DNA of 64,000 bases from Lachnospiraceae bacterium (GTDB taxonomy: Bacteria > Bacillota > Clostridia > Lachnospirales > Lachnospiraceae), in contig CAVCUM010000006.1 in assembly GCA_963605385.1 (NCBI GenBank), positions 551-64,550 on the forward strand, written 5' to 3'. The notes below the pieces were generated by a model. That model had not been told where the DNA came from. It saw nothing but the letters and a program-made list of their open reading frames with translations, and ran no database searches. Positions 28,893 through 39,596 of the stretch are shown here, piece after piece (positions within the stretch are counted from its first letter, which is position 1; each line of letters opens with the position of its first letter). The position numbers and the translations under genes were made by a program.

Positions 28893-29690
28893 CTACTTTG
28901 TAAGTATCATCCTGTCGTTGTCCATCTCCGAACCTGAAGCGGTCGCAAATCTCTCAAGTAAATCCTCAACCGTGAGACGTTTCTTTTCCTCTCCGTTTAT
29001 ATCAAGGATGATTTTACCGTTGTCCATCATAATCAGGCGATTTCCGTGTGCTATTGCATCCTTCATATTATGGGTAATCATAAGAGTGGTAAGATTGTGT
29101 GACTCTACGATTTCATCCGTCTTTGCAAGAACCTTTGCCGCAGTCTTCGGATCAAGAGCCGCCGTGTGCTCGTCAAGCAATAATACCTTCGGCTTTTTAA
29201 GAGTAGCCATCAAGAGTGTCAAAGCCTGACGCTGACCCCCGGAAAGAAGTCCTACTTTAGACGTAAGTCTGTTTTCAAGTCCCAAATCAAGTGACTTAAG
29301 AAGCTCTTTATAGCCCTCACGCTCAACAGCGGTAATTCCGCTTCCGAGTCCGCGCACCTTACCCCTCCTGTTTGCAAGTGCAAGATTTTCATCGATTCTC
29401 ATCGTTGCTGCAGTTCCGAGCATAGGATCCTGGAACACACGTCCGAGAAGCTTTGCTCTCTTATATTCCGGCATTTTCGTTACGTCCACCCCATCTATTG
29501 AGATAGAACCGCTGTCCACAAACCAAGTCCCTGCCACAGCATTTAAGAGTGTTGACTTTCCGGCGCCGTTTCCGCCGATAACCGTTACAAAATCGCCCTC
29601 ATTTAAAGTAAGGGAAAGATTTCGAAGTGCTGTTTTCTGATTAACCGTACCTATATTGAAGGTTTTCGAAATGTTCTTTATCTCTAACAT
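28893..29690 (-). CDS. ABC transporter ATPase (aromatic amino acid type)
   Basis: GGNGAGKST, LSGGQRQ, LLDEHTAALDP. Confidence 0.9.
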   Translation of the reverse strand: MLEIKNISKTFNIGTVNQKTALRNLSLTLNEGDFVTVIGGNGAGKSTLLNAVAGTWFVDSGSISIDGVDVTKMPEYKRAKLLGRVFQDPMLGTAATMRIDENLALANRRGKVRGLGSGITAVEREGYKELLKSLDLGLENRLTSKVGLLSGGQRQALTLLMATLKKPKVLLLDEHTAALDPKTAAKVLAKTDEIVESHNLTTLMITHNMKDAIAHGNRLIMMDNGKIILDINGEEKKRLTVEDLLERFATASGSEMDNDRMILTK

Positions 29691-30616
29691 TATTGTTCCT
29701 CCTCAGGTTTGATGACAGGTGCCTTGGTAAAGTATTTCTTTTTGATATAAGGAATTGCAAGGAAGATGGCAACCACAACGGCTGACAAAAGCTTGAGTAA
29801 ATCCGTATCAAAGCCAAGCCACATAACTATCTGAAGAACTATGTAGTAAATGATTGCGCCAAGTGCAACTCCCAGGAGCTTAAGTGCAAAATTCTTAAAT
29901 ATCTTATCAAAAATAACGCCGCCGATGATTACAGCCGCAAGACCGATTACGATTGCACCACGTCCCATGTTGATGTCGGCAAAGCCCTGGTACTGAGCCA
30001 AAAGAGCGCTTGAAAAAGCAACAAGTCCGTTAGAAATCATAAGACCGAGTACCTTGTTTACGTCTGTATTGATTCCCTGAGCGCGGCTCATATTGCCGTT
30101 ACAACCCGTAGCTCTCAGGGAGCAGCCAAGCTCAGTTCCGAAGAACCAGTAAAGAATCGCAATTACAACTATTACGCAAACCGCAACAATAAAGATCGTA
30201 TTCTTGTAAAAAGGCACACCTGATACATAAAGAAGTGATACGAAAAGGTCGTACTTCTGATTGGAGATAGGCACGTTTGCCTTTCCCATGACCTTTAAGT
30301 TAATCGAATAGAGACCCAACTGTGTAAGAATACCTGCAAGTATTGCCGGTATTCCCATTGCTGTATGTAAAATTCCGGTAGCAAAGCCTGCCAGGATTCC
30401 GGCTCCTACTGCCGCAAGCAGGGCAAGCCACATCGGCTGTCCGTTTGAAAGCATTACTATGCAGACCGCACCGCCGGTACACATGGTTCCGTCAACGGAC
30501 AAATCCGCAATATCCAAAATTTTGTAGGTGATGTAAACACCGATGGCCATTATGGCCCAAATTAGTCCCTGTGCGACCGCACCGGGAAGCGCATTAAACA
30601 AATGTGATATTTCCAA
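29690..30616 (-). CDS. ABC transporter permease (BPD_transp_2)
   Basis: ADLSVDG, LRATG, ADINMGRG; hydrophobic. Confidence 0.9.
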   Translation of the reverse strand: MEISHLFNALPGAVAQGLIWAIMAIGVYITYKILDIADLSVDGTMCTGGAVCIVMLSNGQPMWLALLAAVGAGILAGFATGILHTAMGIPAILAGILTQLGLYSINLKVMGKANVPISNQKYDLFVSLLYVSGVPFYKNTIFIVAVCVIVVIAILYWFFGTELGCSLRATGCNGNMSRAQGINTDVNKVLGLMISNGLVAFSSALLAQYQGFADINMGRGAIVIGLAAVIIGGVIFDKIFKNFALKLLGVALGAIIYYIVLQIVMWLGFDTDLLKLLSAVVVAIFLAIPYIKKKYFTKAPVIKPEEEQ

Positions 30617-30694
30617 GGCTTATACCCCCAAATAAACGATTGAAGGCCGGGCATGTCAATACACGCCCGGCACGACTTTTCAATTATAATTTAC

Positions 30695-31654
30695 TTAACC
30701 TTCGATTGCAACATAATCTGAAGGAACGGTTACCCCGAGAATATCGCAAATTTCTGTGTTGTACTCCTTTGTTACATTGGGTGCATACTCGATTTCCATC
30801 GTGCTTACATCCTTGCCGTCCCTTAAAATTTCAACTGCCATTTCACCGGTCTTGTATCCAAGATCATAGTAGCTGATTGAAAGTGTTGCAACACCGCATC
30901 CTACGCAAATTCCTTCTTCACCTGCAATTACGGGTGTCTTTGTGGATGTGACAATGTTTCCGATGATACCCGTATTTGAAGCTGCCGTATTATCCGTGGG
31001 AATATAGATTACATCAGAATTATCTGCTGCCGACTGAGCAACGGTCTGAACATCGTTGGTATCTACAAAGGTAAAGAACGTTACCGTCTTTCCCAAAGCT
31101 TCAAGCTCGGTCTTGATGGCATCTGCCTGATACTGCGAATTTGCCTCGGCCGAGCAGTAAAGAACGCCGATATTCTTGGAATCGGGGAAGAGTTCATTCA
31201 ACATTGCAGCCTGTTCTGAAAGAGGCGCAAGATCTGAGGTACCCGAAATATTTCTGCCGGTAAGTCCCGTCCAGTCATCAATGTCAAGTGCGGTAGCATA
31301 ATCGGTAACACTGGTTCCAAGAATCGGAATCGAAAGTGTTCCTGCAGCAGCTGCCTGAAGAGGTGCCGTAGCGTTTGCCAATATCAAATCAACGCCTGAT
31401 GAAACAAAGGAGTTAACGATTGTGGAACAGGTTGCCGAATCACCCTGCGCGTTCTGCTCGTCAAACTTAACATTTTCCTCGCCGAGTGCTTCCACAACGG
31501 CATCCTTAAAGCCCTGTGTTGCGGCATCGAGTGCGTCATGCTGTACGAGCTGGCAGATTCCGATATTATAAACCTTGTTCTTCGACTCTCCGCATCCGGT
31601 AAAGGTGAGCACAAGAGTAAGTGCCAGCATTAGTGCCGTAATCTTCTTTTTCAT
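30695..31654 (-). CDS. ABC substrate-binding lipoprotein (ABC_sub_bind, Trp/Tyr type)
   Basis: Lipobox FTGC; QHDALD, NAQGD, IPTDNT motifs. Confidence 0.88.
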   Translation of the reverse strand: MKKKITALMLALTLVLTFTGCGESKNKVYNIGICQLVQHDALDAATQGFKDAVVEALGEENVKFDEQNAQGDSATCSTIVNSFVSSGVDLILANATAPLQAAAAGTLSIPILGTSVTDYATALDIDDWTGLTGRNISGTSDLAPLSEQAAMLNELFPDSKNIGVLYCSAEANSQYQADAIKTELEALGKTVTFFTFVDTNDVQTVAQSAADNSDVIYIPTDNTAASNTGIIGNIVTSTKTPVIAGEEGICVGCGVATLSISYYDLGYKTGEMAVEILRDGKDVSTMEIEYAPNVTKEYNTEICDILGVTVPSDYVAIEG

Positions 31655-31684
31655 AGTAAAAATCCTCCAAAATTCTTTGACACA

Positions 31685-31710
31685 TTAACGCTTTTATGCG
31701 TTAAAGCGTT
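31685..31710. promoter_or_regulatory. Overlapping palindromes, candidate TrpR/YerC-type operator
   Basis: TTAACGC-N6-GCGTTAA and AACGCTTT-N8-AAAGCGTT, centres 4 bp apart, between promoter and RBS. Confidence 0.5.
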
Positions 31711-31831
31711 GTAGATGAACTAAAATATACTCTACATCCTTATAAAAGTCAACAGCATACTCAAAGTAATTATGGATTTTTTTACCAACACTGTGGTAGA
31801 ATAATTTTCTAAGGAGTAAAAAGGAGTCATT

Positions 31832-32506
31832 ATGAAACTTTTATGGTTAGGTATGTGTGCGTTGGTCAGCTACTTTGTCGGTACGATAAACCCTTCCTAC
31901 CTTATATCCAAGCGTAAGAATTTTGATATCAGAGAGGCAGGTTCAGGAAATGCGGGTGGTTCAAACGCACTGATTACAATGGGCAAGAAAATCGGCACTC
32001 TCTGCATGATATTTGATATTATAAAAGCCTTCGTGGTTGTAAAGGCATCAATGCTTTTGCTTCCGGCAGAGCCTTTGGCAGGCGCCATTTCATCTACGGC
32101 AGTAATTCTCGGTCATATTTTTCCTATATGGCTGAACTTCAGAGGCGGCAAAGGGCTTGCTTGTTTGGGCGGTTCCCTGCTTGCATACTCGCCCCTTGTA
32201 CTGCTTATTTTCCTGTTGATTGAGCTTATTCTGGTATTTATCGTCGACTATATCTGTATCGTCCCGATTACCGCTTCGATTGCATTTCCAATTGTTTATT
32301 ATGCTCAGGGCGGTCCCGGATTCGGTGCCCTTATACTTCTTATTGCCACTATTGCCATACTGTTCAGGCATATGGAAAATATCGTTCGTATCAGGGAAGG
32401 CAAGGAAGCTCACTTTTCCTACCTATGGAAACGTGAAAAAGAGGAAGACCGTATCCGTTCAAACATGAGCGAAGAAGAATACAATCGTATCAAAAAAATC
32501 AATTAA
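31832..32506 (+). CDS. plsY: Glycerol-3-phosphate acyltransferase PlsY
   Basis: DIREAGSGNAGGSN, GHIFP, FRGGKG, RHMENI. Confidence 0.92.
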   Translation: MKLLWLGMCALVSYFVGTINPSYLISKRKNFDIREAGSGNAGGSNALITMGKKIGTLCMIFDIIKAFVVVKASMLLLPAEPLAGAISSTAVILGHIFPIWLNFRGGKGLACLGGSLLAYSPLVLLIFLLIELILVFIVDYICIVPITASIAFPIVYYAQGGPGFGALILLIATIAILFRHMENIVRIREGKEAHFSYLWKREKEEDRIRSNMSEEEYNRIKKIN

Positions 32507-32524
32507 GTATTTATAGAGGGGAAC

Positions 32525-33187
32525 ATGAACTTAAAAGAGTTAACGACCGGCACCCCGGTGAAGCTTGAAATCATTAGGGATTCACAGGGTTTCGAAGTTG
32601 CTACCGTTGTGGTTGGTGTTTCGACTATAGACTTCGGCCCCGGTTCTGCTTTATTAAAGCCCTTATCTTTAAACGGTGATACACTCGATCTGGGTTCTTC
32701 AAAATACGGAGATGTAAGATACAACCTTTATACCAACAACACAGACGGTGACCGCATTTGTTGGAACGATGTCTCAATCTCAAAAAAAGAATTTAAAGGA
32801 ACGGAATTCTACATTGCAACGGCTAAGGCGCATCTTGCAGCTTCAATAGTAAATGATAGGCGTGCAAACAAACGTGTTGTACTTCATGCCCCCTGCACCG
32901 TCTTAAATCGTATAAACGGCAAAGAAAATCCCGCCATTATATATGACATATCCGATTCAGGCATTGCGGTCTTCTGTGACGATTCATTAAGGGTTGACAC
33001 TCCGTACCAGATTAAATTCACCGAGCAGGTTAACGGAACCGACTATCACCTCATAATCGACTGCATCTGCGTACGCATCGGAACAGCCGAAGACAAGAAG
33101 CTCTACGGTTGTAAGATGACCAATGCATCAAGAGATGTTGTATCCTATATCTACATTAAAAAGCTTCTTTTAAAGGCTCCCATGTAA
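32525..33187 (+). CDS. PilZ domain (c-di-GMP receptor) protein
   Basis: RRANKR (RxxxR) and DISDSG (DxSxxG). Confidence 0.85.
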   Translation: MNLKELTTGTPVKLEIIRDSQGFEVATVVVGVSTIDFGPGSALLKPLSLNGDTLDLGSSKYGDVRYNLYTNNTDGDRICWNDVSISKKEFKGTEFYIATAKAHLAASIVNDRRANKRVVLHAPCTVLNRINGKENPAIIYDISDSGIAVFCDDSLRVDTPYQIKFTEQVNGTDYHLIIDCICVRIGTAEDKKLYGCKMTNASRDVVSYIYIKKLLLKAPM

Positions 33188-33216
33188 ACTGTCTATACTA
33201 AATTTCCGATAGTCGA

Positions 33217-33453
33217 CTACCTCGTAGGTGTCATTGCTTTAATTTCATTAATAAGCTCTATATCCGACGGCTGAACCTTCATGTTTGCCGTCGTTTTTGT
33301 TCCGTCGGGTCTTACAATATTAATTTCAATCACTTCGCCTTCATTTATTCCTTCGTGAAGAAGATTCTTTATAAAGCTTGCGAATTTAGGATGGACATTT
33401 TCAAAGGTATTCTTCATCCCTGCTATTTTCATGATATCTGACATATTTGGCAT
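33217..33453 (-). CDS. Small conserved hypothetical protein
   Basis: GGAGG RBS; HPKF and NMKV..SD motifs; follows cls in the operon. Confidence 0.7.
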   Translation of the reverse strand: MPNMSDIMKIAGMKNTFENVHPKFASFIKNLLHEGINEGEVIEINIVRPDGTKTTANMKVQPSDIELINEIKAMTPTR

Positions 33454-33466
33454 AATGGTTCCTCCT

Positions 33467-35047
33467 CTATAAAAGTCCTGCAAATAACCTTAAAAGCAGC
33501 TGTCCCAAACGCATAAATCTTGAGCGTCCTGTCAAATATTCTTCGGTTACATCGCGGCAATTTGCAAATGTATTTTTGAAATCCGCATTAATTTCCCTTA
33601 TTACATTGTCTAAGTAAATAACGCAGCCGTTCTCAAAGTGATGATAAAGACTTCTATAGTCTAAATTTATAGTCCCAACCGTCGCTATACGATCGTCTGA
33701 TATGCACATCTTTGCGTGTGCAAAACCGGGTGTCCACTCGTATATCTTAACCCCGTTTCGTACAAGCTCGTTGTAAAAAGAACGCGTTACACTGTATATT
33801 ATTTTCTTATCCGGTATTCCCGGAGTAATAATTCTGACATCAACGCCCCTCTTTGCGGCAAGGCTCAGGGCGTGGCTCATTTCATCGGTAATGATGAGAT
33901 AAGGCGTTATGAAATAACAATAGTCGGTCGAGGCGTTAATAATATTTATGTAAACCTCTTCTCCGACATGCTCATCATCCATCGGGCTGTCTGCATAAGG
34001 CTGTACAAAGCCGTTGCTTGCCGCCGTGTAGTCGTAATCAGCAAGATACTTATCCACGTTCTCATCGTCCTTGTCTCCGTTCCTTACCGCATTCCACATT
34101 TCAAGGAACGATATCGTAAGGCTCTTCACAGCGTCACCCTCCAGACGAATGCCTGTATCCTTCCAGGCTCCGTAAGGATGAGTAACATTGAAATACTCGT
34201 TTGCAAGATTGTATCCGCCCACGAAGCCCACCTTGCCGTCCACAACCGTTATTTTTCTATGGTCTCTGTTGTTTAGAAAAAGGTTAAAGAACATGCCCAC
34301 AGGATTGAACACTCTAACCTTTATACCCTTACTTTCAAGACGTTTTGCAAATTCCCAGTTGATAAAGGTAATACTGCCGACATCATCATAGAAAACTCTT
34401 ACCTCAACGCCTTCACTCACTTTCCTTTCAAGTACATTTTCTATGCGCGCCCAGGACTCTGCATCCTCTATGGCATGATACTCCATGAAAATAAAGTTCT
34501 TTGCCTTCCCTATATCCTCAAGCTGTGCTTCCAAGCCCTTCTCACCCATATCGTAAAAGGTTATGTCTGTATTTTCATATATGGGATATGATGCCTTTAA
34601 ATAAATGTACTTTGAAACACCCTCCAGGCCTTTGTCTCTTATATGAAGCTTATGAAACGTTTCCTCGTTCTCAGGCAGCTTAGGTAAAAGCTTCTCGTCA
34701 ACCTCCTTGTACCGAAGGCTCATCTTTTTAGTGGATCCCGCAAGACCGGTCAACAAGTAAAAGGTAATTCCGGCCGCAGGAAAGGCAAGTATGAAAATAA
34801 TCCATGGCATCTTCATGGAGGATGTTTTGCGCTGGGCATATATGCCCATTACAAGTACGGTCTCAAGAAGTCTTGTTGCAATACTGATCCATTCATACTC
34901 CTTGTTAAGCTTTGTAAATAGTGCAACCAGTAAAACCATTTCAATGATGATTGAAATACCGACAAAGATTGCTCTCTTCAGTCCGTTTTTGTTTGCCGCC
35001 TTTTTTTCGTAAGTCCTTTGTTTCTTCATGCTTTCAATAATCCTCAA
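33467..35047 (-). CDS. cls: Cardiolipin synthase
   Basis: Two HKD motifs (HRKITVVD, HAKMCISD) and N-terminal TM segments. Confidence 0.94.
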   Translation of the reverse strand: MRIIESMKKQRTYEKKAANKNGLKRAIFVGISIIIEMVLLVALFTKLNKEYEWISIATRLLETVLVMGIYAQRKTSSMKMPWIIFILAFPAAGITFYLLTGLAGSTKKMSLRYKEVDEKLLPKLPENEETFHKLHIRDKGLEGVSKYIYLKASYPIYENTDITFYDMGEKGLEAQLEDIGKAKNFIFMEYHAIEDAESWARIENVLERKVSEGVEVRVFYDDVGSITFINWEFAKRLESKGIKVRVFNPVGMFFNLFLNNRDHRKITVVDGKVGFVGGYNLANEYFNVTHPYGAWKDTGIRLEGDAVKSLTISFLEMWNAVRNGDKDDENVDKYLADYDYTAASNGFVQPYADSPMDDEHVGEEVYINIINASTDYCYFITPYLIITDEMSHALSLAAKRGVDVRIITPGIPDKKIIYSVTRSFYNELVRNGVKIYEWTPGFAHAKMCISDDRIATVGTINLDYRSLYHHFENGCVIYLDNVIREINADFKNTFANCRDVTEEYLTGRSRFMRLGQLLLRLFAGLL

Positions 35048-35870
35048 GAAAATTATGCACGCATCCGTCCTTTTTGTATGCTACGACGGTGCTTAAATTT
35101 ACATTTTCAACGCTCTTAAATATATTGCTTTCGACATATGGATTTGTTTCTTTAAGCTTCCTTATGAGATTTTTAATTTCAAGTCTCTTAGACTCCGCTA
35201 TATCATCATCGGAAAGCCTTGCATTTGCTTCCGTAAATCTGCAGGCACATTGCAAAAACTTTAACCCGTTATAGTCGCGCCAATGTATGATATCATCCTC
35301 GCGTATCAGATACATCGGTCTGATGAGCTCCATGCCTTCAAAGTTCGTGCTGTGAAGTTTGGGCATCATGGTCTGAACCTGACCTCCGTAAAGCATTCCC
35401 ATCAAAATGGTCTCAATAACGTCATCATAATGATGACCGAGAGCAATCTTGTTGCACCCAAGTTCCTTTGCCTTACTGTAAAGATACCCGCGCCTCATGC
35501 GAGCGCAGAGATAACATGGCGATTTCTCTATTTCAAACACGGCATTGAAAATATCGGATTCAAAGATTCTGATCGGGATTTCAAGTGCTGCGGCATTTTT
35601 TTCTATTTGGAGACGATTTTCCCTGTTGTATCCGGGGTCCATTACCAAAAATTCCAGTTCAAAAGGAAACTTGTTGTGTCTCTTTAATTCCTGAAAAAGC
35701 TTTGCGCAAAGCATTGAATCCTTTCCGCCCGAGATACAGACGCATACCCTGTCTTGTGGCGCAAGCAATTCGTACTTATTAATAGCCTTTGCAAATGGTG
35801 TAAAAAGTGCTTTATGAAATTTTTTACGGATGCTTAACTCCACATCCCTGCAATAATTATTTTCATCCAT
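35034..35870 (-). CDS. ttcA: tRNA 2-thiocytidine biosynthesis protein (TtcA family)
   Basis: PP-loop SGGKDS, CYLC, GHHYDD, IRPM. Confidence 0.85.
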   Translation of the reverse strand: MDENNYCRDVELSIRKKFHKALFTPFAKAINKYELLAPQDRVCVCISGGKDSMLCAKLFQELKRHNKFPFELEFLVMDPGYNRENRLQIEKNAAALEIPIRIFESDIFNAVFEIEKSPCYLCARMRRGYLYSKAKELGCNKIALGHHYDDVIETILMGMLYGGQVQTMMPKLHSTNFEGMELIRPMYLIREDDIIHWRDYNGLKFLQCACRFTEANARLSDDDIAESKRLEIKNLIRKLKETNPYVESNIFKSVENVNLSTVVAYKKDGCVHNFLEDY

Positions 35871-35940
35871 AATAATTCAATTAATTCCGATGTGCCTATT
35901 TGACTGCACAGGAGGCCGCGGAGCAATTTCCTGTATAGTC

Positions 35941-35968
35941 AAAAAGGGTCGGCTCTTAGCCGACCCCA
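35941..35968 (-). terminator. Intrinsic terminator after the Dabb gene
   Basis: GGGTCGGCT/AGCCGACCC stem followed by a T-run on the minus strand. Confidence 0.75.
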
Positions 35969-35974
35969 ATATAC

Positions 35975-36277
35975 TCAGATTTCATAATCGAAGCAATTCC
36001 TTGAAGCTGTAAACGGTCTAACCTTTTCATTGGCTACCGCCACGTGCATGGGATGCTCCGAATATCCCTTTAATGCATCTTCATTTTCAAAAACGGAGTC
36101 AAGCATCAAATCGACATTTGCGCTCTTAAGGCCTTCTGTGTATACCTTGATGTCCACAAGTCCCGGAATCTTTCCCTTTAAGCTCTCAAGTCCTCTCTTT
36201 ATGCCGTCCTTAATCTCCGCAATTTGCGCTCCGGAATACTCATCCTTTAATGTCCATAGAATTATATGCTTAACCAT
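35975..36277 (-). CDS. Dabb family stress-responsive alpha/beta barrel protein
   Basis: MVKHIILW and YSEHPMH motifs. Confidence 0.85.
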   Translation of the reverse strand: MVKHIILWTLKDEYSGAQIAEIKDGIKRGLESLKGKIPGLVDIKVYTEGLKSANVDLMLDSVFENEDALKGYSEHPMHVAVANEKVRPFTASRNCFDYEI

Positions 36278-36343
36278 TAAAATACCTCTGCTTCGCTTAT
36301 TACATTCAAATATCTTACCACTTTTTGAATGATAATTCCACAT

Positions 36344-37711
36344 TTACATCGATATAATTCCGAAAGCATTCAGTACGGAACTGATCAATATAATTGCTGC
36401 AAACAAGGGGCAAAGAAAACGAATCATCAAAACAAATATTTTCTTTCTCTTAAAGGTACCGCCATTTAAAAGCATCTCTTCTTCAATCGCATCAATTCCG
36501 ATTACATATGAAACAAGAACGCAGGTTGCTATTGCCGCAATTGGCATCATAACCGAGTTTGTAATGAAATCGAAGAAATCCAGAAATTGCATTCCAAGAA
36601 TCTTAACATTTCCAAGCGGCCCATATCCGAGTGATGAAAGTGTGCCTAGTATAAGCATTACCACGCCGACGAGAATTGTGGACTTTCTGCGGCTCATCTT
36701 AAACTCATCCTGGAAGGTGGAAGCCGCACTTTCCGCAAGCGCTATTGAGCTTGTGAGTGCTGCAAAAAGAACAAGCAGGAAGAAAAGTATTCCGATTGGT
36801 GTCCCAAACCCCATGGAATCAAAGACCTTCGGAATCGTAATAAACATAAGTGAAGGTCCTGCGTTGAGTGCCTCAGGATTGCCCGATGAAAATGCAAAGA
36901 CCGCAGGAATTATCATAAGACCTGCCATAAAGGCAATCGCAGTATCGAAAAATTCAACGTTTCTGGTGGAGCTCTCAATGCAAACGTCTTTTTTCATATA
37001 TGAGCCGTAGGTAACGAGAATACCCATGGCAATTGAAAGTGAATAAAACATCTGACTCATCGCGGAAACTACAGTAATAAGCGAGAAATTCTTAAAATTG
37101 GGAATCAGGAAATATTTCACTCCCTCAAAAGCTCCGGGTCTTGTCACCGAATAAACGGTTACGATAATCGACAAAACAACAAGAATCGGCATCATGATTT
37201 TTGAAACGCGCTCGACACCGTTTTCAATCCCGGCAAAAACTATTAATAGTGTAAGAAGTGCATATATCAGGAAACAGACTTCAACGGAAACGCCGTTTGC
37301 CGTAAAGGTTGAAAAATAATTGTCCTTTGCAAGAGCACTGCCCTCTCCGGTAAGGTAGCCCCAGAGGTATCTGATAACCCAGCCGCCGATTACCGAATAA
37401 TACGGAACTATCAAAAAGGGGACGATAGCGTTAATCCAGCCGCCTACGCGAAGTATTTTTGACTTGGTAAGTGTATTGAAAGCACCGACGGGGCTTTTCT
37501 TGGACATACGTCCGATGGCTGTTTCAGCAACTATCATGGTGTAACCGAAGGTAAGCGCCAGAATAATATAAACAAGTAAAAAGATTCCCCCTCCGTACTT
37601 AGCTGCAAGATATGGGAATCTCCAAATATTTCCAAGGCCTACAGAAGCGCCTGCGGCCGCAAGCACAAACCCTACTTTGCCGGAGAATGTGCCTCTTTTA
37701 TTTTCCTTCAT
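36344..37711 (-). CDS. Sodium-dependent transporter (NSS/SNF family)
   Basis: GASVGLGNIWRFPY, QMFYSLS. Confidence 0.93.
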   Translation of the reverse strand: MKENKRGTFSGKVGFVLAAAGASVGLGNIWRFPYLAAKYGGGIFLLVYIILALTFGYTMIVAETAIGRMSKKSPVGAFNTLTKSKILRVGGWINAIVPFLIVPYYSVIGGWVIRYLWGYLTGEGSALAKDNYFSTFTANGVSVEVCFLIYALLTLLIVFAGIENGVERVSKIMMPILVVLSIIVTVYSVTRPGAFEGVKYFLIPNFKNFSLITVVSAMSQMFYSLSIAMGILVTYGSYMKKDVCIESSTRNVEFFDTAIAFMAGLMIIPAVFAFSSGNPEALNAGPSLMFITIPKVFDSMGFGTPIGILFFLLVLFAALTSSIALAESAASTFQDEFKMSRRKSTILVGVVMLILGTLSSLGYGPLGNVKILGMQFLDFFDFITNSVMMPIAAIATCVLVSYVIGIDAIEEEMLLNGGTFKRKKIFVLMIRFLCPLFAAIILISSVLNAFGIISM

Positions 37712-37789
37712 AATCAACCCTCCAATGTATCGTATCTCGTCTAATTTACCACATTAACGCAGTAAAAACAAGGCAGGAAAGGCAGATTA

Positions 37790-37826
37790 AAACCCCGCAC
37801 ACGGGTTTTAATCCATGTGCGGGGTA
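37790..37826 (-). terminator. Terminator after the carbohydrate SBP gene
   Basis: ACCCCGCAC/GTGCGGGGT stem. Confidence 0.65.
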
Positions 37827-37852
37827 AATTTACTTATTGGAACTATTTAATT

Positions 37853-39490
37853 TTAGTTCTGGCTGTCATAGTATGCAGCTCTTGCATCTAAGATTTTCTG
37901 AAGTCCGGCATTTACAAGCTTAGTATATTCAGATTCGTATGTTGATTCGAATTCATCCGCAGGAGCACAGATAACTTTATATACAAACTCAATCATCTTT
38001 GTCTGAACGTCAGTGCCATAGGTCTGCTCGTCTTTTGAAATGTAACCGTATGTAGGATATCTGAACTTACCAACCTCACTTACTTCATAGAAGTTTTCAA
38101 ACCACTCTAAGCTTTCCCATTCTGTTTCCTGTTTGTTGTAGTCAATCTTTGCAAGTGTGTCACGGTTGCTAACCCACGAGAAGTTAAGGTTCATGATGCA
38201 AAGGTCATCACAGGTTCCGGGATATCCCTTCTCGTCCTTTTCAGCCTGTGTAGGCTCGTATGCTACTCCATTCTCATCTGTTGTATGATCGGGAGTGTAA
38301 CGTACATTTACAGCATTTTCAGGATCTGCAAGCCAGTTCAGATACTTCATGCAGGCAACAATCTTGTTCTCATCGGTCGTAGTGCTGGGAATCATTACAA
38401 ACATTGCATATCTATACTCGAAAGGATTTCTGTAAGAGCCATCAGCAAGATCAAAGCACTGTACAGGAACAAAGGTTGTGGAACCTGTTGAAGCATTCAA
38501 TACTTCGATTGATTCCCAAGGCTGTGTCATATCGTCAAGCACAAAACCTGTACGTCCGTTTGCAATATCAGCCTTCATACCGTCTTCGGTGGTATCTGTA
38601 GGGAAGTCCATTGTGATGAGACCGTCATTGTACCACTTATTAAGGGTCTGTAAGCCGTCCTTAGATCCGGGTGCAACTGCCATATAAGCTTCGCTGTATA
38701 CATATGCATCCTTGTCACTTTCAAGTGTTACATATGAACCTACAAAGTTAAGATAGTTCTTCTCTGTGTCTGTTCTTCCACTCATAGCCCACGGAACAGT
38801 ATTCTCACCGCCGAGATTTGCTTCCTTTACAGCGTAAAGGTACTCTTCAAGTTCTGCTTTTGTGGTAGGAAGTTCCATTTTGAGCTCATCAAGCCAGTCC
38901 TGACGGATGTATGCCTGATGACGGTTGCATTCTGCGCCACGCTGTTTCATAACAGCATATCTGGTGCCGTCAACACTGCCGATTCCCTGAGCTTCTGCGC
39001 AGTAGGTATCGATATTTGAACCATACTGATCATATACTGCCGTCAAATCGTTTAATGCACCGTTTGCCGCATAGTTGTAGAAAAGGTTCTGGCTGTAAGT
39101 GAATACAATGTCAGGAGCCGTTCCACCGGTCATCATGATGTTCAAGCTGTCATCGGATCCGGAACGGGGTACGGAAACATATTCAACATTAATATTGTAA
39201 AGTTCCTTCATTTGTTCCTGAATCCACTGTGTCAATGCATTGTCTTCAGTTGTGGTGTTGGGTGCAGCATTTCCTCTGTCCCATAACATTACACGAATGG
39301 AAACCTCTTCATCAAACTTATCAACAGCATCGGCTGAAGCGGTTGTTTCTGTTGATGTTTCGGTGCTTGCACTTGTTTCAGTGCTTGAAGATGTTTCTGT
39401 GCTTGTGGCTGTCCCGCCACATGCAGTGGTCAGTGCTGTTGCTACAGTAAGACCGAGAGCTGTAAGTTTTTTTAGTAAGCCCTTTTTCAT
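37853..39490 (-). CDS. Carbohydrate ABC transporter substrate-binding lipoprotein (LplA-like)
   Basis: Lipobox TTAC, S/T linker, YIRQDWLDEL. Confidence 0.88.
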   Translation of the reverse strand: MKKGLLKKLTALGLTVATALTTACGGTATSTETSSSTETSASTETSTETTASADAVDKFDEEVSIRVMLWDRGNAAPNTTTEDNALTQWIQEQMKELYNINVEYVSVPRSGSDDSLNIMMTGGTAPDIVFTYSQNLFYNYAANGALNDLTAVYDQYGSNIDTYCAEAQGIGSVDGTRYAVMKQRGAECNRHQAYIRQDWLDELKMELPTTKAELEEYLYAVKEANLGGENTVPWAMSGRTDTEKNYLNFVGSYVTLESDKDAYVYSEAYMAVAPGSKDGLQTLNKWYNDGLITMDFPTDTTEDGMKADIANGRTGFVLDDMTQPWESIEVLNASTGSTTFVPVQCFDLADGSYRNPFEYRYAMFVMIPSTTTDENKIVACMKYLNWLADPENAVNVRYTPDHTTDENGVAYEPTQAEKDEKGYPGTCDDLCIMNLNFSWVSNRDTLAKIDYNKQETEWESLEWFENFYEVSEVGKFRYPTYGYISKDEQTYGTDVQTKMIEFVYKVICAPADEFESTYESEYTKLVNAGLQKILDARAAYYDSQN

Positions 39491-39596
39491 TTGTTTTCCT
39501 CCATATATCTTAAAATCTCTGTCAGAGATCCCTGACCTGACTTAACCCTTAACTCCCTTACCATTATTCCCATTTTTAAACGTATTTGTACCAAGC

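Noticed and set aside
35890..35943. Extra imperfect hairpin TTTGACTGCACAGGA/TCCTGTATAGTCAAA upstream of ttcA
   Set aside because: Single occurrence next to a terminator; no evidence for a separate function
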